Assembly: GCA_022448725.1 (NCBI GenBank)
Contig: JAKUTR010000006.1
Coordinates: forward strand, 14,195-78,194
DNA length: 64,000 nt
Origin: SAR202 cluster bacterium
GTDB lineage: Bacteria; Chloroflexota; Dehalococcoidia; Lucifugimonadales; VXLM01
Direction: 5' to 3'
Under the pieces are notes generated by a model. The model made no database searches, was not told the origin of the DNA, and was given only the letters and a program-made list of their open reading frames with translations. Both the position numbers and the translations under genes were made by a program. Below are positions 57,061 to 64,000 of this stretch, piece after piece (positions within the stretch are counted from its first letter, which is position 1; each line of letters starts with the position of its first letter).

Positions 57061-57693
57061 CTATTCCTCAAGGATAGATATACTGTTAATTACGTCGCCT
57101 TGGAAGGCAGCTCCCGGATCCCGAGCAGTTATTGCGTCAATATGCTCCATCCCACTGACCACCTGTCCAAAGACTGGATGACAGGACTCCCGGGTACAGT
57201 CTTTGGGCGAGCCATCAGAGTTCAGCCCATCGAGGTGCGGCTGTGCAGAGAATGTTATGTAGAACTGACTGCCATTAGTTCCTCGGCCCCCGCGAGCTCC
57301 CGAGTTCGCCATTGCAACAACACCTGGGCCATCGTGTCGTAGGTTAGGGTGGAACTCATTATCGATTTTGTATCCGGGATCACCGCTACCAGTTCCAGTG
57401 GGATCACCGGTCTGGGCCATAAAATTTGGGATGACCCGATGAAAAGTTACCCCATCGTAAAAACCTTCTTTGGCCAAGAAGACAAAGTTGTTAACCATGT
57501 TAGGGGCTTCAGCCGCGTGTAGTTTGATCTTGACATCCCCACTTTCGAGAGCAAGAATGGCTGTATAGTCTTTGTCGGTCTCGATTTGCATTGCTGGTGG
57601 TGTGTTCCACTGCATATCTGGTTTCTCCCCGCAGGCAACTGCTGCAGTGACCAGTACGATAGCTAGCAGCAGATGTGCGATTTTAATTTTCAT
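57061..57693 (-). CDS. Cyclophilin-type peptidyl-prolyl isomerase, lipoprotein
   Basis: Lipobox LVTAAVAC. FHRVIPNFMAQTGDPTGTG, VVAMANSG, NGSQFYITF. Confidence 0.92.
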   Translation of the reverse strand: MKIKIAHLLLAIVLVTAAVACGEKPDMQWNTPPAMQIETDKDYTAILALESGDVKIKLHAAEAPNMVNNFVFLAKEGFYDGVTFHRVIPNFMAQTGDPTGTGSGDPGYKIDNEFHPNLRHDGPGVVAMANSGARGGRGTNGSQFYITFSAQPHLDGLNSDGSPKDCTRESCHPVFGQVVSGMEHIDAITARDPGAAFQGDVINSISILEE

Positions 57694-57716
57694 GCGATGT
57701 TTATGATGCGGCTACG

Positions 57717-58136
57717 TTACCGTGTCGGCTTTGCTGCGACCACCTCAATCTCGACAAGCATGTCGGGTTCAAATAATCCAGATACAAAGACGAGAGTGTT
57801 CGGCGGGTAGACAGCATCTGGGTAGAGTTCGGTGAAGAGACTCTCTCTTTCTTTGAGGTATGGACCCAAGTTTTCTTGTCCTACCAGGTAAGTCCTGACC
57901 TGTACGATGTCGCGGTATGAAGCACCCGCATCTGACAGAATCCGTCCTATATATTCATATGCGATTCGTGTCTGTGCCGCTGCGTCTCCTTTCGCAAGTG
58001 TATTGCCGTTTTCATCGACAGCAACTTGGCCAGCAAGAAACAGCAATTCCTCAGCTTCAACCCGTACGAGATGCGAGTACATTCCAACCGGCTTTGGAAC
58101 CGTTGGTGGATTCGCATGTAATCGACCTACTCCCAT
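57717..58136 (-). CDS. RidA-family reactive-intermediate deaminase
   Basis: 139 aa. YSHLVRVEAEELLFLAGQVAVDENG, then VRTYLV and MLVEIEVVA. Confidence 0.88.
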   Translation of the reverse strand: MGVGRLHANPPTVPKPVGMYSHLVRVEAEELLFLAGQVAVDENGNTLAKGDAAAQTRIAYEYIGRILSDAGASYRDIVQVRTYLVGQENLGPYLKERESLFTELYPDAVYPPNTLVFVSGLFEPDMLVEIEVVAAKPTR

Positions 58137-58151
58137 GGTTGTTCCTCAAAT

Positions 58152-58185
58152 CCAAAAGGGTGGGGTCTGAACCCCACCCTTTTGG
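58152..58185 (-). terminator. Strong symmetric (bidirectional-type) hairpin terminator
   Basis: CCAAAAGGGTGGGGT ctga ACCCCACCCTTTTGG. Perfect 15-bp stem flanked by A/T runs on both sides, immediately downstream of the third DapA-like gene. Confidence 0.8.
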
Positions 58186-58208
58186 GAAAAATTACATACT
58201 CAAGTTTC

Positions 58209-59180
58209 TTAGCCAGATACTTGGGCGCTCTCGACGATTGAATCAGCCCTGTCCATCAGGTCTTTGACCATACCCATTACCTCAGGGGTGACAACACTAT
58301 CTCTAGAAGGTAGACGGGATGGCCCCGATGGACGTCCCATGTGTTTCATGAAAGGTTTCACGAATACACCTTCTCCAGCGGTATGTTGTGTTATTGCTGC
58401 TCTAATCTTGCCATATTCAAGATTGAACTCATCAAAAACTCGCTGTGCTTCGTCGTATTGTCCCGCGGTCATTAATTTGTGAACCGCAATCGAGTGCGCT
58501 GGGTAAAAGTTCGGCACGTGACTCACCCATGCTTTGACGCCCAGTTGGTGGCCATAAATACTTAGCGGGCCATTGTTGACGACTGCTGCACGCGGAACGA
58601 AGTACTTGATGCCTGCTAGGTAGTTACCTATATCAGGGGAGCCCCATTTGACTGCGACGGTATTTTTTACTTTGAGTATCTCTTCAGCGACATCCATTGT
58701 CATGTCATATTTTGACCCAGAGTACCAATGACTATATGCAGCAAAGCCCACGCTTGTATGCTTAGCCACTTCGTTTACCCAATCCACGATGTCATCTTTC
58801 AGGATGGAATAGTAGTACGCACTGCTCATTTGAACTATGTCAATACCAACTTCCTCACACCATTGACATAGTTCAATGGTTGTACGGATATCCGTACTCT
58901 GTACACTAGCGAAAGTAGGAATATTGTTAGGTACAGCGACATCAGCGATTGCCTTGATCGCCACCTTTCGTTCTTCAGTACTCATGACAGTAAAATCACC
59001 GCCTGACCCGACCGCAATAAATACGGTATTCCCAGGTGCTGCTCCTTGGTCTACCATCCACTGAACGTTTTGTTGCGTTGCCTCAACGTCTAGCGACCTG
59101 TCTGCATCATCTTTGAAGATTGTCGCGAGCGGGACAACCACCCCATCCATTTTTTGCTTTGCTTCTTCAACTGTGATCAT
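58209..59180 (-). CDS. DapA/N-acetylneuraminate-lyase-family (class I aldolase-like) protein, divergent paralog 3
   Basis: 323 aa. Aligns by eye to DHDPS: GSGGD in place of GTTGE, and AVKW at the Schiff-base Lys position. Confidence 0.75.
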   Translation of the reverse strand: MITVEEAKQKMDGVVVPLATIFKDDADRSLDVEATQQNVQWMVDQGAAPGNTVFIAVGSGGDFTVMSTEERKVAIKAIADVAVPNNIPTFASVQSTDIRTTIELCQWCEEVGIDIVQMSSAYYYSILKDDIVDWVNEVAKHTSVGFAAYSHWYSGSKYDMTMDVAEEILKVKNTVAVKWGSPDIGNYLAGIKYFVPRAAVVNNGPLSIYGHQLGVKAWVSHVPNFYPAHSIAVHKLMTAGQYDEAQRVFDEFNLEYGKIRAAITQHTAGEGVFVKPFMKHMGRPSGPSRLPSRDSVVTPEVMGMVKDLMDRADSIVESAQVSG

Positions 59181-59207
59181 TTTGCCTCCTACGCTTGTGG
59201 TTTTTAC

Positions 59208-60140
59208 TTAGTTAACGACCGGCCATCCAAAGCCGACCAGAATCTCACGAAGTTCATCAAGTTCTTTAATGTTCAGTGGTTTCGAAGGTGGACGTGAGGA
59301 CCCTGCTGGTTTCCCCATCAGATACGAAAGCCCCTTTTTAACTCGGCCTTGGCCACCAGACCGCGTGTCTACTTTCGCGGAATACTCGCGGAGTGGTGCG
59401 TTTATTTCATCCCATAAAGCCTGAGCTTCGGTATATTGCCGCTGTTCTAGTAGCCCCCACATCTTTAGGTCATGAGGTGGGTAAGCCTCAGCAGTGAGGT
59501 TGATATAGCCATTACCACCAAGTTCGTGGCTACGGGCAGGAGAATCACCATTTTCTATTACACTGAAGATGTCAGAAAATTGAGCCATGTCTTCATGGTT
59601 GCCACCAGGTGGTGGACTCCACTTGATTGATGCTACCTGTGGGATATCTTTCATTCTTAGAATGGTGTCTACTTCTACCAGGCCACCAGGCATCCATTGG
59701 GTGCAGTAAACCATAATCCCGATATCGATTGCGTCTGAGAGATCGCTGTAGTAATCGATCAGGTCGTCTTGACTTGGTAGGTTGAAGATAGGGGGACATA
59801 CCTGCAGGCCGATAGCGCCCAGATCTTGGGCTTGTTTTGCATCCTCAATTGTCCGTTTCGTGTCTTTGTAGTGTAGCCCACATACAATAGAGGCTTTATC
59901 GTTAGCGGCTTGGACCGTTGTACGGAGTAGTGCGGGCCACTCTTCATCACTAAGCATCGGGCCTTCACCCATTGCTGCTGCAACTTTGATCACAGCAGTG
60001 CCTTTTACGAGTCCTTCATCCACCCATTGTTGAGTTAGTTCGTGCATTCGACCATAGTCGACCTCAAAGTCGTCGTCGAATGGTGTTGGAACCGTGGCGA
60101 TTGGTCCCTTGATTAATCCGCGTAGTGTCGCTCGGTCCAT
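59208..60140 (-). CDS. DapA/NAL-family protein, paralog 2
   Basis: 310 aa. AVIKVAAAMGEGP in place of the GTTGE region, IMVYCT at the Tyr133 position, SIKW at the Lys161 position. Closely resembles paralog 1. Confidence 0.78.
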   Translation of the reverse strand: MDRATLRGLIKGPIATVPTPFDDDFEVDYGRMHELTQQWVDEGLVKGTAVIKVAAAMGEGPMLSDEEWPALLRTTVQAANDKASIVCGLHYKDTKRTIEDAKQAQDLGAIGLQVCPPIFNLPSQDDLIDYYSDLSDAIDIGIMVYCTQWMPGGLVEVDTILRMKDIPQVASIKWSPPPGGNHEDMAQFSDIFSVIENGDSPARSHELGGNGYINLTAEAYPPHDLKMWGLLEQRQYTEAQALWDEINAPLREYSAKVDTRSGGQGRVKKGLSYLMGKPAGSSRPPSKPLNIKELDELREILVGFGWPVVN

Positions 60141-60208
60141 AGGTTCTCCTTAAGTAATGAGTCCTGATAAGTATACTGGTCAGTCAAGGTCATCGCTACT
60201 TGCACAGT

Positions 60209-61135
60209 CTAGACTACTTCAAAACCCAGGCTGCTAAATACCTGTCGTAAATCTGCCAGTTCATCGGCAGTGAGTGGTTCCGAGGGAGGTCGGGAGTCAC
60301 CTATATCTTTTCCTGTAATCTTCATCAGTCCTTTTTTCATGCGTGCTTGGCCTCCGGACCGTTGGCCGAGCTTTGTCATTATCTCGGTCAGAGGTTTGTA
60401 CACACGGTTCCACTCATTCTCAGCTTTGTCATAGAGTCCTGCATCCATCATTTCGACGATGCCGAGATCGAAAGAGGGTACGATTTCTGAAGTCCAATTG
60501 ATGAAGCCATGTCCACCAAGTTTGTGATTTCGTACAGGATTCTTAGTGTTGTCAATAATGTTGACGCGGTCTTTAAATTCAAAGAGATCTTCATAGTCGT
60601 GGCCAGGTGACGACCATTTGATGGCTACCACATTGTCGTTTTCTACCATGGTCCGGTAGTCATCGATTTTGATCAGGTCTCCTAGCATGCCACCCGTGTT
60701 ATAAATCATGATGCCTACGTCTGAACCGTTCGCAAGATCATCATAGAAACGGATTACATCAGTTCGAGTTGGACCGTTGTGTACCGGGGGAGATACCTGT
60801 ACAGCTACCGCTCCTAGATCTGCGGCGCGATTAGCATCTTCTATTTGCCGTATGGTGTCTTTGTAGTGAAGTCCGCACATGATGGTTGCCTTGCTCCCAG
60901 CAGCCTGAACAGCTGTTTGGAGTAGTGCTTGCCACTCCCAGTCCCGAAGCTGCGGGCCTTCTCCCATTGCTGCTGCGACCTTTATTACTGCTTTACCTGT
61001 CACTAGACCATTTTCGACGTACCACTGGATCATCTCGTACATCCTGCCAAGATCGACCTCGTAATTTTCGTCAAATGGCGTACCTACAGTTGCCATAGGG
61101 CCAACAATGATTTTTCGGAGTTCGTCGCGATTCAT
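60209..61135 (-). CDS. DapA/NAL-family protein, paralog 1
   Basis: 308 aa. AVIKVAAAMGEGP, CGLHYKDT, IMIYNTGG, AIKW. Confidence 0.78.
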   Translation of the reverse strand: MNRDELRKIIVGPMATVGTPFDENYEVDLGRMYEMIQWYVENGLVTGKAVIKVAAAMGEGPQLRDWEWQALLQTAVQAAGSKATIMCGLHYKDTIRQIEDANRAADLGAVAVQVSPPVHNGPTRTDVIRFYDDLANGSDVGIMIYNTGGMLGDLIKIDDYRTMVENDNVVAIKWSSPGHDYEDLFEFKDRVNIIDNTKNPVRNHKLGGHGFINWTSEIVPSFDLGIVEMMDAGLYDKAENEWNRVYKPLTEIMTKLGQRSGGQARMKKGLMKITGKDIGDSRPPSEPLTADELADLRQVFSSLGFEVV

Positions 61136-61164
61136 GATCCCTCCCGGGCTATTCTTTAGTTTGT

Positions 61165-62226
61165 CTACAGTGGTAAATAGACTGTCTTACTTGATTGAGA
61201 GCTGCGGTAGACTGCTTCCGTAAATTCCATGTAGTGAACACCGTCTTCGAAGGTGTGTCGTTGTATTTTCTCTTCGCCCCTGATCGCTCCCACGAATTCA
61301 GCCTCGACCCGCCAAAAAGCCTGTTTCTCCTTGGGGATGTCGAGGATGGTCAGTTCAGTGTCATTTTTAGTCGCGGTTTCCACTCGTTGATGCTGGATGT
61401 CGTAATGGAGTGTGCCTTTAGAGCCAAATATCCAGGCTGCATTGGGCCCGAGGCCCGTTACTTCACTGATACGCATATGTAAAATTGGGCCCGAGTACAT
61501 TTCAGCAAGTATCTCAACAAGGTCGGGAGGAGCAACCGCGCGTTTTTTGCCGCTGATAGGGTCATTTCTCATCTTCACATTCGTGCGTGTGACAGCCGTA
61601 ACACTGGAGGCTGGGCCAAGCCAACGCTCAATAGCCTCATACCAAACTCCCATAAGCATTGTATTGAACCCGTTGAGGTCCCGATCGTGGCGCCACATGA
61701 AAGGTAAATCTTGATTGATGAATGTGCCTGATTGGCCCTCGTGCGCGCCGAATGCCGAGATCGTCAACTCTACGGAGAGAAGGTCACCAAAGAAATCTTC
61801 TGTGACAAGGTCGATGATCGTTTGGTCCACGGGGTATGAGAGAGGGCCTGGTACTACTTGGGTGACAAGGTTAGGTTTCAGGCGGGAAGCGTAGAGCATT
61901 TCACGAGCGTCGGAGGCGTTCATGGCTAACCGTGCTTCTGTCAGCACATGTTTATTGGCATCGAGTGCCGCGAGAACGAAGGGTTTGTGTGTATAAGGCC
62001 AGGTACCTATGCAAATGGCATCAGTATCATCGGCATTAATGAGGTCATAGGGGTTGTCGTAGACATTTGGAATACTAAACTCACTAGCTACAGCTTGACT
62101 TGACTCAATGCTCCTATTTGCAACGCTTACGACCTCAACACCTTCAATTTTTTGGAATCCTGGGATGTGTAGTGCACGGGTGTTTGCGCCCGCGCCAACT
62201 ATTCCTATCCGAATCGTGTTTTTCAT
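61165..62226 (-). CDS. Gfo/Idh/MocA-family NAD(P)-dependent oxidoreductase
   Basis: IRIGIVGAGANTRALHIPGF Rossmann N-terminus. HVLTEARLA matches the family EKP-type motif position. 353 aa. Confidence 0.88.
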   Translation of the reverse strand: MKNTIRIGIVGAGANTRALHIPGFQKIEGVEVVSVANRSIESSQAVASEFSIPNVYDNPYDLINADDTDAICIGTWPYTHKPFVLAALDANKHVLTEARLAMNASDAREMLYASRLKPNLVTQVVPGPLSYPVDQTIIDLVTEDFFGDLLSVELTISAFGAHEGQSGTFINQDLPFMWRHDRDLNGFNTMLMGVWYEAIERWLGPASSVTAVTRTNVKMRNDPISGKKRAVAPPDLVEILAEMYSGPILHMRISEVTGLGPNAAWIFGSKGTLHYDIQHQRVETATKNDTELTILDIPKEKQAFWRVEAEFVGAIRGEEKIQRHTFEDGVHYMEFTEAVYRSSQSSKTVYLPL

Positions 62227-62361
62227 ATGCTTTGATGTGCCTCTTGGTACTTTGTCTTTATCTACGGACTGGTGAACTGATGGACCGGTTGGGTGGATGT
62301 GTTAGAAACCCACTACTATTCGGAGTGATCAATTTGCTTCAAATATGATGAGTTAAAAGTC

Positions 62362-63141
62362 TTAGTGCAGCACCCGTCCTGAGTCTATAACTAGAGTTTG
62401 TCCGGTAACTGTGTCAGTTCGGCAAAACTCGACCGTTTGCCGTGCGATGTCTTCCTTACTCGCAGCCCTTTGTAATAGAGATTCATTTATTGACCGCTGG
62501 CGGTGCTGTTCCGTCAAGCGTTCAGACATTAGTGTGCCTTCCAGGTACCCAGGGGCGATACAATTTACAAGTATGTTAGGTGCGAGTGCTTTTGCGAGAC
62601 AGCGAGTTAGGTGGTTCAAACCTGCTTTCGATACTGCATAAGCTACAGAGGAGCCACCGGCTGTTAGCCCTGCGACCGATGATATATTTACAATGCGGCC
62701 ACCCTCGCTAGACAATCGCATCACCTTCGATGCTGTTTTCGCCATGCGCATCGGCCCGGTGAGGTTTATGTCCATAATCTGTTGCCATTCCTCGAACATT
62801 GCATCGAGGTCCTCGAATGGTATGGACTTGTTGTAAGCTCCATCGTTCACAAGGATGTCGAGTCGTCCTAACTCGCTTTCAGTGGAACTTACTGCTGCTT
62901 CTACTTGGCTATCATCGGTAACATCACAGGCTACGCTGATGGCTCTGGGGCCGGAAGAGGTTAGCTCCTGGGCTAAAACTGTGGACTTCTCTTTACCGGA
63001 TGCGTACCCAACTGCAACGTGCACGCCCGCATTGCATAATTCACGGCATATCAATCCGCCAAGAGTTCCACTTCCACCTGTGACCAGTGCAACCTTCCCT
63101 GCAAGTTCCATCCAACCTCCCGTGGCTAGCAAACCTAACAA
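62362..63141 (-). CDS. Short-chain dehydrogenase/reductase (FabG-like)
   Basis: GKVALVTGGSGTLG, NDGAY, catalytic YAVSKAG, IAPGY. The start is probably the ATG at 63111 (MELAGKVALVTGG). Confidence 0.9.
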   Translation of the reverse strand: MLGLLATGGWMELAGKVALVTGGSGTLGGLICRELCNAGVHVAVGYASGKEKSTVLAQELTSSGPRAISVACDVTDDSQVEAAVSSTESELGRLDILVNDGAYNKSIPFEDLDAMFEEWQQIMDINLTGPMRMAKTASKVMRLSSEGGRIVNISSVAGLTAGGSSVAYAVSKAGLNHLTRCLAKALAPNILVNCIAPGYLEGTLMSERLTEQHRQRSINESLLQRAASKEDIARQTVEFCRTDTVTGQTLVIDSGRVLH

Positions 63142-63352
63142 CCCTGATAAATGTAACTGGACCCGGCTAACGGTGCGCTCGGGATTATACCATCGGTGTT
63201 GGGGTATTAGCAGAGTTGTAACCCTATTTGTCGGGCACCCTACTGATCTTATGAAATCAGTCCGTTGTACTGCAGTGGCACTCGTCTATTTCATTGTTTG
63301 ACGAGCTTTAGAGCGGCTAAGTCCCGTGCACTTTTTGGGTTTCGTTGATGTG

Positions 63353-63637
63353 CTAATTCCCGTAGCCCCCCGCTACAGCTGGAACAATGCTGATTTCATC
63401 ATCTGGGTTTGTGACTGTATCCAAGCCATTTAGGAAACGAACATCTTCTCCATTGATGTACACATTCACGAAATTACGCAAGTCACCCGATTCGTCGCAG
63501 ATGCGATCCTTTATTCCGGGAAACTGGACATTGATAGCTTCAACGACCTCACCGAGAGTGTCGCCATCTACAGTAGTCTTGTCTTGATCGTTTGTGAGAC
63601 GACGTAGCGGTGTTGGGATTCTGACTGTCACGCTCAT
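63353..63637 (-). CDS. MoaD/ThiS-family sulfur-carrier-like protein with C-terminal GG followed by YGN
   Basis: 94 aa. Beta-grasp pattern (VRIPTPLRRL..., NVYINGEDVRFL, DEISIVPAVAGG). Ends AGGYGN*. Starts 11 nt after the thrC stop, with a GAGAGG Shine-Dalgarno. Confidence 0.78.
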   Translation of the reverse strand: MSVTVRIPTPLRRLTNDQDKTTVDGDTLGEVVEAINVQFPGIKDRICDESGDLRNFVNVYINGEDVRFLNGLDTVTNPDDEISIVPAVAGGYGN

Positions 63638-63648
63638 GATCTAACCTC

Positions 63649-64000
63649 TCAGGGTACCTTCAGTTCTGGATTTGCGAGGTCTTGATAGCCTCGTTCATTC
63701 ATTGCCTTTTCAAAGTCATCGTAATCTGGGGAAGTTTCAACGGGATCTATTAGGTCCTCAACCACCTCTTGAGTTTTCAGTCCATTGCCGGTGATAAAGG
63801 CGACGGTAAGCTCATCTCTCTTAATTTTGCCAGATTCTGCCAACCTTCGTAGTCCCGAGATTACCACACCCCCCGCAGTTTCAGTAAAGATACCCTCAGT
63901 TTCAGCCAGGAGTTTTATGCCTTCCACGACTTCTTCTTCTAGGCAAGCTACAGCGGTACCACCTGTTTCTCTAAGTACCTCAAGGGCGAACATCCCAGAG
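63649..64000 (-). CDS. thrC: Threonine synthase (fold-type II PLP enzyme), C-terminal part; gene continues beyond the right edge
   Basis: EGIFTETAGGVVISGL and FITGNGLK resemble the C-terminus of short ThrC enzymes (B. subtilis-type VLTGNGLKD). The frame is open to base 64000. Confidence 0.75.
   Translation of the reverse strand, partial: SGMFALEVLRETGGTAVACLEEEVVEGIKLLAETEGIFTETAGGVVISGLRRLAESGKIKRDELTVAFITGNGLKTQEVVEDLIDPVETSPDYDDFEKAMNERGYQDLANPELKVP

Overview
This is a densely coding 64-kb chromosomal window. I count about 58 protein-coding genes and one tRNA-Leu(TAA). I saw no rRNA, CRISPR array, transposase, integrase or phage genes. All calls come from reading the sequence and ORF track by eye; nothing was searched against a database.

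Most of the window is housekeeping or central metabolism:
- lactate permease and a PPi-type phosphofructokinase
- an activated-methyl-cycle block: PfkB kinase, ahcY, metK
- phosphoglucomutase, polA, a GreA-like factor
- a GlcD/GlcF-type FAD/Fe-S oxidase, HtrA, HU, trpB
- pntAA/pntAB/pntB, mogA, trmD, rpmB, DAK2/DegV
- acetoacetyl-CoA synthetase and cyclophilin

The rest is catabolic or accessory-looking: an orphan HyuA plus D-aminoacylase, a MATE pump, MOSC/PTER/RidA, DUF3500, a giant FtsX-type permease, and an AAC(3)-like acetyltransferase. The rpmB / DAK2(YloV) / DegV neighbourhood and heavy GTG/TTG start usage fit a monoderm-type lineage such as Chloroflexota, Actinomycetota or Bacillota. 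That placement is only an impression.

The region I consider most unusual is a tightly packed minus-strand cluster at about 22.1-29.8 kb:
- It is built around a CopC-CopD-Ig-like-cytochrome c fusion.
- It contains two His-rich exported proteins and a polytopic membrane protein with a 7-Cys knot.
- Three of its proteins are predicted to expose a His immediately after the signal-peptide cleavage site.
- It is headed by a 596-aa protein combining an HTH, a classical C-X2-C-X12-H-X3-H signature, a long acidic/Ser-rich linker and a PilM/actin-like domain.

Secondary points of interest:
- three tandem divergent DapA/NAL-family paralogs with Gfo/Idh/MocA, SDR and RidA genes
- a MoaD/ThiS-like carrier with a GG-YGN tail coupled to thrC
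- a GreA homolog with an integrase-SAM-like N-terminal extension
- a hidden 55-codon membrane ORF translationally coupled to the lactate permease
- a gene that appears to need a non-ATG/GTG/TTG start
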